Assembly: GCA_049520195.1 (NCBI GenBank) | Contig: JBEKQA010000005.1 | Coordinates: 1-44,127 of the forward strand | Length of the DNA stretch: 44,127 bases | From: Bacteroidales bacterium | GTDB taxonomy: Bacteria > Bacteroidota > Bacteroidia > Bacteroidales > FEN-979 | Direction: 5' to 3' | Part shown: one piece after another, positions 28,618-38,837 of the stretch | How the letters are laid out: each line of letters starts with the position of its first letter | How positions within the stretch are numbered: the stretch's first letter is position 1 | Translations under genes and position numbers: made by a program | Notes under the pieces: generated by a model | Database searches by the model: none | What the model saw: the letters and a program-made list of their open reading frames with translations, nothing else | What the model was told of the DNA's origin: nothing

Positions 28618-29571
28618 TTACAATTTTGTTAGTTTCTTTTTTATCTCCGTGATCATCAATTCGGTCATTTTTGGAAGATCATATTCAGAAGAGAGTCCCC
28701 AGTCTTTCTTTGCAACTGAATCGTCAATACAAGCCGGCCAGGAATCGGCAATTGCCTGGCGGAAATCCGGTTTATAGGAAATTTCAAATTCAGGAATATG
28801 TTTCCTGATCTCATCAGCAAGCTGCCGTGGATTAAAACATATACCTGCAACATTATAGCTTGATCTCAGGCTTAGTTTTGATGAATCTGCTTCCATAATG
28901 TCAATGGTTGCTTTTATAGCATCGGACATGAACATCATCGGCAAGTCAGACTCGGGACCCAGGAAACACTCGTACTTTTTCTGCCTGATGGCCTCGTAGA
29001 ATATTTCAACAGCATAATCCGTCGTCCCGCCACCTGCTTCGGTCTTATAACTTATTAAACCGGGATAACGAAGGCTTCGGGTATCAACACCATATTTGTT
29101 GTAATAGTATTCTATCCATCTTTCTCCGGCGAGTTTACTGATCCCGTAAACTGTATTTGGCTCCATGATGGTAAACTGAGGGGTATTGTATCTTGGTGTT
29201 GATGGGCCAAAAACAGCGATGGAGCTTGGCCAGAATACTTTTAATATTTTTAATTCACGGGCCAGCTCAAGAACATTGATTAGGCTTTTCATATTGATTT
29301 CCCAGGAAGCCAGCGGTCTTTTCTCAGCATTTCCTGAGAGTATTGCAGCTAAGTGGTATATCTGGGTTATCTTTTCGTGTTCAAGTATGAGTTGCAGTTT
29401 GGAGATATCCAATACATCCAGGATCTCAAACTTTCCGGATTCAGCTATTTCCGTTGGGGCAGGGCGGATGTCTGTTGCAATTACATTGCTATTACCATAT
29501 TTCTTTCGTAATTCGAGTGTCAATTCCGAGCCGATCTGACCGGAACAACCAATAACCAGAATTTTTTCCAT
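28618..29571 (-). CDS. tdh: L-threonine 3-dehydrogenase, SDR type
   Basis: GCSGQIG, HLAAILS, PSSIAVFG, YGISK, LRYPG, GGGTTDYAV, RQAIADSWP. Confidence 0.88.
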   Translation of the reverse strand: MEKILVIGCSGQIGSELTLELRKKYGNSNVIATDIRPAPTEIAESGKFEILDVLDISKLQLILEHEKITQIYHLAAILSGNAEKRPLASWEINMKSLINVLELARELKILKVFWPSSIAVFGPSTPRYNTPQFTIMEPNTVYGISKLAGERWIEYYYNKYGVDTRSLRYPGLISYKTEAGGGTTDYAVEIFYEAIRQKKYECFLGPESDLPMMFMSDAIKATIDIMEADSSKLSLRSSYNVAGICFNPRQLADEIRKHIPEFEISYKPDFRQAIADSWPACIDDSVAKKDWGLSSEYDLPKMTELMITEIKKKLTKL

Positions 29572-29614
29572 CTGAAGAGTAGTTTAATAAATTTATTGCT
29601 AAGGTAGAAAGAAT

Positions 29615-29950
29615 TTATGTTTCACGAATAAAATGAGGCATTTCAAATGGTATTTCAAGTGAAAATTCAATCAATCCGCCAAATGACCCTTCGTGATACC
29701 ATGGGGCCTGATAGATTAGCTTTTTTTTACCATTTTTCTCAATGGTATAAACATTTTTCTCATGAGTCTTCATCATTTCCCGGATTTTTTCGTTAGAAAA
29801 ATCCTGATGACAAGTTTTAAGGTTTTTTCCAATAAGCTCACGACCCCCTGCTTTTTGAAAATTACTTATCGCTTTCTCATTAAGGTAAAGGATGTTTCCT
29901 TCTGAATCACTTACAATTACATCGCCTTCAAAAGTATCTATAAATTCCAT
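29615..29950 (-). CDS. Stand-alone PAS-domain protein
   Basis: V.DSEGNILYLN, LIGKNLKTCH, NVYTIEKNGKKKLIYQAPW; start placed at MEFID (uncertain). Confidence 0.78.
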   Translation of the reverse strand: MEFIDTFEGDVIVSDSEGNILYLNEKAISNFQKAGGRELIGKNLKTCHQDFSNEKIREMMKTHEKNVYTIEKNGKKKLIYQAPWYHEGSFGGLIEFSLEIPFEMPHFIRET

Positions 29951-30057
29951 AAATAATAATTTTATTGGCCAAAGATACGATCTTGCCTTAATTCCAATAT
30001 TATAAATCATAAATAAATCAAGAAATAAAAAAGGCATCAAAGGATATTTACAGACAT

Positions 30058-30104
30058 AAAAAAACTTCCCTCCGTATGGTACTTATACCATTTGAGGGAA
30101 GTTT
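30058..30104 (-). terminator. Rho-independent terminator for the small secreted protein gene
   Basis: AAACTTCCCTC...GAGGGAAGTTT stem with inner ATGGTA/TACCAT pairing; T tract on the minus strand. Confidence 0.8.
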
Positions 30105-30133
30105 CTTTACTAAGAAAGATTTACAGGCCCTAA

Positions 30134-30367
30134 TTATTTCTTTTCAGGGGTTGTTGTTGTGGTTTTTACATCTTTCTTTTCGGTTGTTGTCTGCTTTGTG
30201 TCTTTCTTTACTGCAGGTTTTGCAGCGTTCTTCTTGGTTGTTGTTGTTGTGGTTTTTACATCTTTCTTTTCAGTTGTTGTCTGCTTTGTGTCTTTCTTTA
30301 CATCCTGAGCAAACATAACTGCTGTACCAAATACAGCTACCAAAATTAATGCCAATGCTTTTTTCAT
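30134..30367 (-). CDS. Small secreted Lys/Thr-rich protein with internal duplication
   Basis: Signal peptide ending MFA-Q; VKKDTKQTTTEKKDVKTTTTT occurs twice. Confidence 0.8.
   Translation of the reverse strand: MKKALALILVAVFGTAVMFAQDVKKDTKQTTTEKKDVKTTTTTTKKNAAKPAVKKDTKQTTTEKKDVKTTTTTPEKK
30150..30301. repeat. 62-bp direct repeat (30150-30211 / 30240-30301), one mismatch
   Basis: Direct comparison at offset 90. Confidence 0.9.
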
Positions 30368-30566
30368 AGTTCTGATTTTTTATAAAAGTTAGTTTAAACT
30401 TGATTAGGATGCAAAGATGAAACTAAAAAATGGAGGAATTCTGAAGTTGAAAAAAAATAATAAAAAGAAGGCGTTATCACAGTTCAAGTGGAATTTAAAT
30501 GAGTAGTATTACTTTGGGCGGTTCTTAAAAAAAGTTCTAATTTTACTGTCTGAACATAAAAAAAGG

Positions 30567-32042
30567 ATGGAATCCAATCTGATCATATACAACACGCTAA
30601 GCCGCACAAAAGAAGCTTTTCAGCCACTCAATCCTCCATTTACAGGAATGTACGTTTGCGGGCCGACAGTTTATGGCGATCCTCATCTTGGTCATGCTCG
30701 ACCTGCTATTACCTTCGACCTGGTATTCCGCTACCTTCAGCACCTGGGTTATAAGGTCCGTTATATCAGAAATATTACGGATGTGGGGCACCTTGAAAAT
30801 GATGAAGACGAAGGAGAAGACAAGATTGCCAAAAAAGCAAGGCTGGAGCAGCTTGAACCCATGGAAGTTGCCCAATTTTATTCTGATCGATATTTTTTAT
30901 TCATGGAGGCAATGAATGTTAGGCGTCCGTCCATTGAACCCAGGGCTTCCGGCCATATTCCGGAACAGATCGAAATGATCCAAAAAATTATTGATGCCGG
31001 ATATGCTTATGAATCCAATGGGTCTGTCTATTTTGATGTTCTGAAATACAACGAAAAGTACAATTACGGGAAGTTGTCGGGTAGAATCCTTGAGGACCTC
31101 CTTTCCAATACACGTCAGCTTGAGGGTCAGGAAGAAAAAAGGAATTCTGTGGATTTTGCTCTCTGGAAAAAAGCACAACCTGAGCACATCATGCGTTGGT
31201 CATCTCCCTGGAGTGATGGATTTCCAGGGTGGCATCTTGAATGTTCAGCGATGGCCACAAAATATCTCGGAGTACATTTTGATATTCACGGAGGTGGGAT
31301 GGATCTGATGTTCCCGCACCATGAGTCAGAGATTGCACAATCAAAAATTGCCAATGGTGTGGATTCTGTAAAATACTGGATGCACAACAATATGATCACC
31401 ATCAATGGTCAGAAAATGGGTAAATCACTTGGTAATTTCATTACCCTTGAGGAGTTTTTCAATGGGAAACATCCCGGACTTACCCAGGCATATAGTCCCA
31501 TGACCATCCGGTTCTTTATCCTCCAGGCTCATTACCGCAGTACGCTTGATTTCTCGAACGAAGCTTTACAAGCAGCAGAAAAAGGTTTGAAGAAGTTATT
31601 TGCAGGCATTAAAACTTTACATAAGATCGTTCCTTCTGATCCTTCAGAATCCTCAACCTCTGATATCCGTCAACTGATGGATGGTTGTTACCAGGCGATG
31701 AACGACGATTTTAACAGTCCCATTGTAATTGCAAACCTTTTTGAAGGTGTCAGGATCATAAATTCCGTTTGGGATAAAAAGGAAACCATAAATCCGTCAG
31801 ATCTTGAAGTACTGAAAGATATGTTTCAGATTTTCCTTTTTGAGATACTGGGTCTAAAAGAAGAATCGTCTGAAGATCAGAATGATATTATAGGAGGACT
31901 TATGGACCTAGTGCTGAGGGTCCGGAAAGAGGTTCGTGAGAAAAAGGACTTTGCGACCTCAGATGAAATCCGTGATGCCTTACAAAATCTGAATATTGCA
32001 GTTAAAGATACCAAAGAAGGGCCTGTCTGGTCAATCGATTAA
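30567..32042 (+). CDS. cysS: Cysteine--tRNA ligase
   Basis: CGPTVY, HLGH, PGWHLEC, HGGG.DL.FPHHE, KMGKS. Confidence 0.98.
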   Translation: MESNLIIYNTLSRTKEAFQPLNPPFTGMYVCGPTVYGDPHLGHARPAITFDLVFRYLQHLGYKVRYIRNITDVGHLENDEDEGEDKIAKKARLEQLEPMEVAQFYSDRYFLFMEAMNVRRPSIEPRASGHIPEQIEMIQKIIDAGYAYESNGSVYFDVLKYNEKYNYGKLSGRILEDLLSNTRQLEGQEEKRNSVDFALWKKAQPEHIMRWSSPWSDGFPGWHLECSAMATKYLGVHFDIHGGGMDLMFPHHESEIAQSKIANGVDSVKYWMHNNMITINGQKMGKSLGNFITLEEFFNGKHPGLTQAYSPMTIRFFILQAHYRSTLDFSNEALQAAEKGLKKLFAGIKTLHKIVPSDPSESSTSDIRQLMDGCYQAMNDDFNSPIVIANLFEGVRIINSVWDKKETINPSDLEVLKDMFQIFLFEILGLKEESSEDQNDIIGGLMDLVLRVRKEVREKKDFATSDEIRDALQNLNIAVKDTKEGPVWSID

Positions 32043-32062
32043 CAAACTCTAAATATTAGTCC

Positions 32063-33751
32063 ATGAGAACATTTAAACTATTTATTGCATTCATTGCAAC
32101 TGTGGCCCTTCTTTCGGGCTGTCAATCCAAACAGGAAAAAATGAAAAAAGAACTGGTTGATTTTATTCACAAATTCGATTCTGCCTATATTCCATTGTAC
32201 AAGGCAAGTACAATTGCAAGTTGGAATGCTTCAATTTCAGGGAAAGCTGAAGACTTCAAGAAGTCTGACGATCTACAAATGAAAATGGTGAAAATATTTG
32301 CTGACAAAGAAGCATTGAAGAAACTGGAAAAAATTAAAGTCAGTGGAATGATCACAGATTCTCTGCTTTTCCGTGAGCTTGATGTCCTTTACAGGAATTT
32401 TTTGATGGCAAAAGCTGATACAGCAAAAGTTAACGCTACTGTTCGCATGCAGAGCACAATAGAACAGAAGTACGGCAATTTCCGTGCTATTGTCAAGGGA
32501 AAGAAAATGAATGATAATGAAGTTGAAGAGGTTCTCCGGAATTCAAAAGATGTTAATGCCCAAAAAGAAGTCTGGATCGCGCAAAAGAAAATCGGTAATG
32601 AGGTAGCAGCTGATATCATTAAGCTTGTCAAGAAGAGAAATGAGATTGCAAAAGACCTGGGATTCAGGAATTATTCTGAGATGAGCCTGACACTTGGAGA
32701 ACAGGATCCAAAGGAAATCAGCAAGATATTTGATCAACTTGACAGTCTTACCAAAAGCTCATTTGCAGAAGTAAAGAACGATATCGACAATTATTTTGTA
32801 GCTTATTATAAGCTGAAGAGCAAGGATGAGTTGATGCCCTGGAATTATCAGAACCGTTTCTTCCAGGAAGCCCCGAAGATCTATCCTGTTGATCTTGATC
32901 AGTATTATAAGGATAAGAAGATAGATGAACTGGTCGGGAAATATTATGCAGGGATCGGACTTCCCATCGATAATATGTTGATGAAAAGCGATTTGTATCC
33001 TAAGGAAGGGAAAAACCAGCATGCTTTCTGTACTGATATTGATAAATTAGGAGATACCCGGGTACTTGGGAACATTTCTCCCAATGAGCAATGGATGGGA
33101 ACCATGCTTCATGAATTCGGCCATTCTGTTTATGAAGTAAATATTGACACTGCGTTACCTTTTATCCTGAGGGATCCTGCTCATATGTTTACCACGGAAG
33201 CCATTGCAATGATGTTTGGAAGGTTCGCTTCAAATCCACAATGGATTAAAGATAACATTGGGATCACAGAGGAAGAGAAGATGAAAATTGCAGATAATTG
33301 TTTCAAGACTTTCCGTCTTGATCAGTTAGTATTCAGCCGTTGGGCACAGGTAATGTACCGGTTTGAAAAGAGCATGTACGAAAATCCGGATCAGGACCTC
33401 AATAAGCTTTGGTGGGATCTAGTTGAAAAATACCAGATGCTGAAGCGCCATGAAGGACGTAATGAACCTGACTGGGCGACAAAGATCCATATTGCATCTT
33501 ATCCCTGTTACTATCAAAATTACCTGTTGGGAGAATTGCTTGCATCACAGCTATACTATCATATCGTAGGTACTGTGCTGAAATCAGATGATTACAAATT
33601 CCAGAGTTTTACGGGTAAAAAGGAAGTTGGAGATTATCTGAAGCAATATGTTTTTAAGCCAGGATTAAAGTATTACTGGGATGATATGATTGAAAAAGCG
33701 ACTGGAGAGAAGCTGACTCCAAAGTACTATGCAAAGCAATTTGTAAAATAA
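32063..33751 (+). CDS. M2/M3-type (gluzincin) zinc metallopeptidase, lipoprotein
   Basis: Lipobox LLSGC, HEFGH, downstream TEAIA, H.ASYP.YY.NY. Confidence 0.88.
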   Translation: MRTFKLFIAFIATVALLSGCQSKQEKMKKELVDFIHKFDSAYIPLYKASTIASWNASISGKAEDFKKSDDLQMKMVKIFADKEALKKLEKIKVSGMITDSLLFRELDVLYRNFLMAKADTAKVNATVRMQSTIEQKYGNFRAIVKGKKMNDNEVEEVLRNSKDVNAQKEVWIAQKKIGNEVAADIIKLVKKRNEIAKDLGFRNYSEMSLTLGEQDPKEISKIFDQLDSLTKSSFAEVKNDIDNYFVAYYKLKSKDELMPWNYQNRFFQEAPKIYPVDLDQYYKDKKIDELVGKYYAGIGLPIDNMLMKSDLYPKEGKNQHAFCTDIDKLGDTRVLGNISPNEQWMGTMLHEFGHSVYEVNIDTALPFILRDPAHMFTTEAIAMMFGRFASNPQWIKDNIGITEEEKMKIADNCFKTFRLDQLVFSRWAQVMYRFEKSMYENPDQDLNKLWWDLVEKYQMLKRHEGRNEPDWATKIHIASYPCYYQNYLLGELLASQLYYHIVGTVLKSDDYKFQSFTGKKEVGDYLKQYVFKPGLKYYWDDMIEKATGEKLTPKYYAKQFVK

Positions 33752-33755
33752 AACT

Positions 33756-33788
33756 AAAAAAACGCCAGATTCGTCTGGCGTTTTTTTT
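33756..33788. terminator. Bidirectional Rho-independent terminator
   Basis: A7-CGCCAGA-ttcg-TCTGGCG-T8 between convergent genes. Confidence 0.92.
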
Positions 33789-33798
33789 ATATTGCAAG

Positions 33799-34203
33799 TT
33801 AAATCCAGAAGGAAAGAATTGTTCCCATAACCAATAGAGAAATGAGCCAGAATGCATTATCCAGAAGCCAAAGTCCCCATGGTTTTTTCTCATATAGTTT
33901 GGTACTGAGTGTAATTGGTGCTATGTATCCCAGCCAGCCAAAAAAGCCACCCATTAATCCGCCGCTTATACCGCTCATTTTGAAATAGGCATCTCCAAAG
34001 GTAATGGAGTGATACAGAACATAGCTAAGAACCAGTGAACCAATGAATACCAATACAATATTCAGAGGTGCCGGTTTCATTTCTGTTATGCCGGTAAGTT
34101 TCTTCCAGACTTTGCCAAAGATCACTGCGTACCAGATAGTTGCAATTACATAGTTTGCGACTGCTGCAAGTAGTACAGCTAAATAATTTACATGAACTTC
34201 CAT
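33799..34203 (-). CDS. DUF1761-like membrane protein
   Basis: NYLAVLLAA...WY..IFGKVW, four TMs. Confidence 0.8.
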   Translation of the reverse strand: MEVHVNYLAVLLAAVANYVIATIWYAVIFGKVWKKLTGITEMKPAPLNIVLVFIGSLVLSYVLYHSITFGDAYFKMSGISGGLMGGFFGWLGYIAPITLSTKLYEKKPWGLWLLDNAFWLISLLVMGTILSFWI

Positions 34204-34576
34204 AATCCTGATTTTAATTTATTTCTACTCATTTGGCTTTTCGATATTCGCCCCGTTTTTATTGTGGTCTCTGGTCTCCACAGTATCACCGGAATTATAT
34301 TTATTGACTGAATTCTATGTGAATTATTGATTCTATGATGTCAATTTATTTAAAAACTCCAGGTACAAATATAATATCCTGATCAGCTTTTTCGAGGAAA
34401 TGTGTCATCAAAATCATCCAATAAAAGGGGAACCCGTAATCAAAGATACGGGAAACCGCAAAAAATATTTCCTGAAATGATATTAAGATATTGAAATTCA
34501 GAATAAGCCTTTAGGCAGTGGCGTACACTTTGCACGCCAGTCTTTGGTAAGGCAAATTAAATTCAAGGTAGTTGAG

Positions 34577-34664
34577 GAGTATAGGTTAAGCGAACCCAGA
34601 GCGAAGGAAGAGCGAACAAAGACTATAGAAAGTCTATAGAGAGTCTATAGAAAGTATATAGAAA
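34577..34664 (+). repeat. Eight phased degenerate 11-bp units (array 2)
   Basis: gagtataggtt aagcgaaccca gagcgaaggaa gagcgaacaaa gactatagaaa gtctatagaga gtctatagaaa gtatatagaaa. Confidence 0.85.
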
Positions 34665-34776
34665 AGCCCTTCGAAACTTTAACAAAGCGGTGATTATTAA
34701 GTTATTGAAATTTACGAAAATGCCTAAAATAGCACAAAATATCGCTAACACCTTGATTTTGTGCTTCTTTTGTTGA

Positions 34777-36057
34777 TCAAATTACCTTCACCAGGTAATA
34801 ATTTTTCTTACCTTTCTGGATGAGAAGGTATTTATTATTCAGCAGGAGAGAATCATTGATCTCAAATTCTTCTGTTACCTTTTCTTTATTAACGGCAACG
34901 CCTCCATCTTTAAGCATCCTGCGGGCTTCTCCTTTGGAGGAAAAGATCTGAGTAGCGCCGGAAAGAAAGTCGACAATATTAATCTTATCGGAGATCAGAG
35001 ATTTAGAAACTTCGTTTTGCGGGACACCTTCAAAAACAGATAGGAGGGTATCTTCAGAAAGCTTTTTTAGGGTTTCGGTAGTTCCTTTTCCGAAAAGGAT
35101 CTCAGATGCTTCAACGGCCGCAAGATAATCGTCTTCAGAGTGAACACGAATTGTGATGTCTTTAGCCAGCAATTTCTGTAATTCCCGCAAATGAGGAGCC
35201 CCGGCATGTTTTTTAATTGCATCCTCGATTTCTTCTTTGGTCAGGAGAGTGAATTTCCTGATATAATCAGCGGCATCCTCATCACTTACATTGAGCCAGA
35301 ACTGATAGAATTTATAGGGGGAAGTTTTTTTCGGATCAAGCCAGATATTACCGGCTTCTGTTTTTCCGAATTTTCCACCATCTGTTTTTGTGATAAGCGG
35401 ACAGGTCAAGGCATAAGCTTCGCCACCTAGTTTCCTGCGGATCAATTCAGTACCTGTAACAATATTGCCCCATTGATCTGATCCACCCATCTGGAGCTTG
35501 CAGTTTTTATTTTCATACAGCCAGCAGAAATCATAACCCTGGAGAAGCTGATAGCTGAACTCTGTAAAAGACAATCCTGATCCCGATTCCATCCGGTTCT
35601 TAACAGAATCCTTTGCCATCATGTAATTTACGGTGATGTGCTTTCCGATCTCTCTCAGGAATTGAAGAAAACTGAATTCTTTGGTCCAGTCGTAGTTATT
35701 TAGCACCTCGGCTGGATTGGCAGGAGCAGAAAAATCAAGGAATTTCTCCAATTGCTTCTTAATACATTCCTGATTATGCCTAAGTATAGATTCGTCGAGG
35801 AGATTACGTTCTTCAGATTTTCCTGAGGGGTCGCCAACCATGCCTGTTGCCCCACCAACCAATATAATAGGTTTATGACCGGATCGCTGGAAATGCACTA
35901 GCATCATGATTGAAGCCAGATTTCCTATGTGAAGAGAATCAGAAGTAGGGTCGTATCCGATGTAAGCCGTCGTCATTTCTTTCAACAACTGCTCCTCAGT
36001 TCCTGGCATTACGTCGTGAATCATTCCGCGCCAGCGAAGTTCCTCAATGAAATTCAT
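34777..36057 (-). CDS. tyrS: Tyrosine--tRNA ligase
   Basis: [23 protein letters not shown]-terminal S4 domain; TATTTTTG -7 element at 36075-36082 (minus). Confidence 0.98.
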   Translation of the reverse strand: MNFIEELRWRGMIHDVMPGTEEQLLKEMTTAYIGYDPTSDSLHIGNLASIMMLVHFQRSGHKPIILVGGATGMVGDPSGKSEERNLLDESILRHNQECIKKQLEKFLDFSAPANPAEVLNNYDWTKEFSFLQFLREIGKHITVNYMMAKDSVKNRMESGSGLSFTEFSYQLLQGYDFCWLYENKNCKLQMGGSDQWGNIVTGTELIRRKLGGEAYALTCPLITKTDGGKFGKTEAGNIWLDPKKTSPYKFYQFWLNVSDEDAADYIRKFTLLTKEEIEDAIKKHAGAPHLRELQKLLAKDITIRVHSEDDYLAAVEASEILFGKGTTETLKKLSEDTLLSVFEGVPQNEVSKSLISDKINIVDFLSGATQIFSSKGEARRMLKDGGVAVNKEKVTEEFEINDSLLLNNKYLLIQKGKKNYYLVKVI

Positions 36058-36108
36058 TATCGCTATCTTTTATGCAAAAATAGCAAAATTTGGAAATTCA
36101 CCCAGGTC

Positions 36109-36819
36109 TTATGGTTTCATTGGGATCTCCATCAGGAGGATCTCGGAATTTTCGAGTGCTTTCAAAGTCAAGGAGGTAGTATCACTGAAGCCTCCCCCGT
36201 CGCGACGGTCAAGTTGTATTCCGGAAACATCAACCGATCCTTCCATTATAAAGACATAGGCTCCACTTCCCGGTTTCTGAAAAATATAATCCACTTTGTG
36301 GTCTTTTTCAAGACTTATCAGTGAGAACCATGCATCCTGATTAATCCAGACCGCTTCATTTTCATTAGGTGAAACTACCCTTTGCCATTTATTTTTCCGG
36401 GCAGAAAGATCATAAGTTTTCTGGTCGTACCTTGGTGTGATGTTTTTAAGTTTCGGATAGACCCAGATCTGCAGAAGTCTCAGTGGATGGTCAGGATCGG
36501 GATTATATTCTGAGTGAAAAATACCGGTTCCGGCCGACATGATCTGGACATCCCCAGTCAGGATTTGCATTGTATTACCCATACTATCCTTGTGTTCCAA
36601 TTTCCCTTCCATTGGAATTGTAACAATTTCCATGTTATCATGTGGATGTCTGTCGAAGCCTGATCCAGCTTCAATAAAATCATCATTTAATACCCTTAAT
36701 AAGCCAAAGCGTACCCTGGCGGGGTCAAAATAATTAGCGAAGCTGAAAGTATAGTTTGTTTTAAGCCAGCCATAATCAGCATGTCCGCGGGTACCGGCTT
36801 TATGAATAATTGTTTGCAT
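36109..36819 (-). CDS. Pirin family protein (YhhW-like)
   Basis: RGHADYGWL, LRVLNDD, HPHDNMEI, MSAGTGIFHSE, LQIW; start placed at MQTII. Confidence 0.93.
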   Translation of the reverse strand: MQTIIHKAGTRGHADYGWLKTNYTFSFANYFDPARVRFGLLRVLNDDFIEAGSGFDRHPHDNMEIVTIPMEGKLEHKDSMGNTMQILTGDVQIMSAGTGIFHSEYNPDPDHPLRLLQIWVYPKLKNITPRYDQKTYDLSARKNKWQRVVSPNENEAVWINQDAWFSLISLEKDHKVDYIFQKPGSGAYVFIMEGSVDVSGIQLDRRDGGGFSDTTSLTLKALENSEILLMEIPMKP

Positions 36820-36847
36820 TGTAATTTTATTTAAAGAACTGGCGAAA

Positions 36848-37387
36848 TCAGTTTTTCGCCAGTTCGACATTCATTAAAAGTTTTATTTCATCGGACACGA
36901 CCATGCCACCGGCTTCAGTAACAGCGTTCCAATGTAATCCGAATTCTTTACGATTTATTTTCCCCATCAGCTCAAATCCAGCCTTAATATTTCCATATGG
37001 ATCTTTTATGATTCCACCAAATTCTCCGTCCAGTTCCACGGTTTTTGTGATACCACGGATTGTCAGGTCGCCTGTAAGGACGAAATCAGATTCACCTTTT
37101 TTCCGGAGATTTTTTGAGACAAATGTAAGTTCGGGATAGTTGGCTGCATCAAAGAAATCGGGTGATTTGAGATGGTTGTCGCGATCGGGCTGGTTTGTGT
37201 TAATGCTATTAACATCAGCCTTAAACTCGATTTGTGCATCATTGAAATCCTCTCCATTTGTGAATACGGTGGCATCGAACTTGTCAAATCCTCCTGTAAC
37301 GCTGGAAATAACGAGGTGTTTGACTTTAAAATTGATCTCACTATGAGCCGGGTCTATAACCCACTTTGTTTTTTCTGTCTGGTTCAT
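36848..37387 (-). CDS. YceI family protein
   Basis: W.IDPAHS, VKHL, RDNHLKSPDFFD, GDLTIRG, INRKEFG. Confidence 0.95.
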   Translation of the reverse strand: MNQTEKTKWVIDPAHSEINFKVKHLVISSVTGGFDKFDATVFTNGEDFNDAQIEFKADVNSINTNQPDRDNHLKSPDFFDAANYPELTFVSKNLRKKGESDFVLTGDLTIRGITKTVELDGEFGGIIKDPYGNIKAGFELMGKINRKEFGLHWNAVTEAGGMVVSDEIKLLMNVELAKN

Positions 37388-37413
37388 TGTTTTTCTTTTT
37401 AAGTTTATGGCGA

Positions 37414-37472
37414 CAAAGGTATATCAGCCTGAAGTCAGGGAAAATGGTAAAACACGGGTAAGAATGGTAAAA
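37414..37472 (-). promoter_or_regulatory. yceI promoter (-7 TACCTTTG) with tandem TTTTACCATT repeats, putative AraC-family operator
   Basis: CAAAGGTA at 37414-37421; AATGGTAAAA at 37443-37452 and 37463-37472. Confidence 0.65.
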
Positions 37473-37484
37473 ATTGAGGATAGA

Positions 37485-38360
37485 TTATAAGTGATGAGCA
37501 GACCTGAACTCGAATATTGAGTTACCTGTGGATGTTTTAAAGAACTTACTGAAATGTGAAGGATCTTCAAACCCAAGGTCGTATCCGATCTCTTTAATGC
37601 TTTTTGTAGTAAAAACTGATAATCTTTTGGTTTCAAGGATCAGCCGGTTAAGGATATACTCCTTAGCCGGCTTATGAATACCTTCACTGATAACTTCGTT
37701 TAGATATCCTGGTGAAACGTTCAATTCCTTTGCATAATCCTGCACCTGGTGCCATTCCGTAAAATGCTGTTCAACTAGCTCTTTGAATTTTTGAACCAAT
37801 GATCTGCCAACTTCTACATTCTGAGTATTCGTATCTGGTGTCAGTGTGCAAAGTCCGTTGCATTCGATCAGGAATAATTTAAGATAAGCGCCGATTGTTT
37901 CGAATTTTAACTCATCGGATGACTCAAATGCTTGATTCATGGCATTAGAGAAGGTCATTAGGTAATTTGAAACACCTTCACTAATGGGTAGTGGAGGTGT
38001 TTCATCGCTATCGCGGAAAAGCCGCAGGTTGGAGATAAAATCTTCGCGGATACTGTTCTTTTGAAGAAACTCGGGAGTAAATAGAATCAGCATGCCGGTA
38101 CCCCCCGGGTCTGTTATAATCTGGTGTACCTGCCATGGACTAACAAAGAATATTGAGCTGGGTTCAATGGGATACTCACGAAAATCTATAATATGCTTTC
38201 CTGTGGCCGTGAATGACCAGATAACAGAATAGAAATTATGCCTGTGAGGATCGTCAATAAAAACACCCTGTTCCCGTTCAATTTCTTCTATTCTCCTGAT
38301 CACGAATGATGCCGGAGCTCCTGCATAAAGAAGGTCAATGTTATAAATTTTCTCTTTCAC
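37485..38360 (-). CDS. AraC family transcriptional regulator
   Basis: Cupin PHRHNFY, H.IDF; double HTH with SIKEIGYDLGFEDPSHFSKFFK; GTG start. Confidence 0.93.
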   Translation of the reverse strand: MKEKIYNIDLLYAGAPASFVIRRIEEIEREQGVFIDDPHRHNFYSVIWSFTATGKHIIDFREYPIEPSSIFFVSPWQVHQIITDPGGTGMLILFTPEFLQKNSIREDFISNLRLFRDSDETPPLPISEGVSNYLMTFSNAMNQAFESSDELKFETIGAYLKLFLIECNGLCTLTPDTNTQNVEVGRSLVQKFKELVEQHFTEWHQVQDYAKELNVSPGYLNEVISEGIHKPAKEYILNRLILETKRLSVFTTKSIKEIGYDLGFEDPSHFSKFFKTSTGNSIFEFRSAHHL

Positions 38361-38399
38361 TATACAGGTATTTTGCAGGCAGAATAGCTCTCAAGGGTA

Positions 38400-38762
38400 T
38401 TATTTCTGATGCTGATGTTGATGATTTTTTTCTTTTAACTCCTTGACAGCCTCCTGATATTGTTTATAAAGTTTGGGGTTCTTGAGCAGTTTTTCAACCT
38501 GGGCATCCCTGTCTTTTTCCAATGGTTCCATCTTTGAGGGATCACGAAATGCCTGCTGAGCATGTGCATCATCAAAGAACTTCGTATAGATTGTGATGAT
38601 ATCTGATCGTTGCTTATCGGTAAAAGTAACCATGTGTGATAGTTCACTGACTGTGTTTGTAGCCCTGTCAGCAGAAGACATTGGTTTTCTATCAGGGTTT
38701 TGAGCTAAAAGGTTGATAATCATCAGAAATGCGAACACTCCTGAGAAGAGAAGCTTTTTCAT
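38400..38762 (-). CDS. Hypothetical secreted helical protein
   Basis: Signal peptide ending LLA-Q; helical charged body; HQ-rich tail. Confidence 0.75.
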   Translation of the reverse strand: MKKLLFSGVFAFLMIINLLAQNPDRKPMSSADRATNTVSELSHMVTFTDKQRSDIITIYTKFFDDAHAQQAFRDPSKMEPLEKDRDAQVEKLLKNPKLYKQYQEAVKELKEKNHQHQHQK

Positions 38763-38837
38763 TACCTTTATTTTTAAGTTAAACTTGTTTAATGATAGAA
38801 ACGGAGAAAATCAGATTTGATTTTACGATATCATAAA

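Noticed and set aside
34577-34664. Possible CRISPR array (also 16594-16838)
   Set aside because: Units are 7-11 bp and contiguous, with no unique spacers and no cas genes in the window
36058-36108. T-box or riboswitch upstream of tyrS or cysS
   Set aside because: The leaders are short with promoter-like elements close to the start, and no T-box motif was seen
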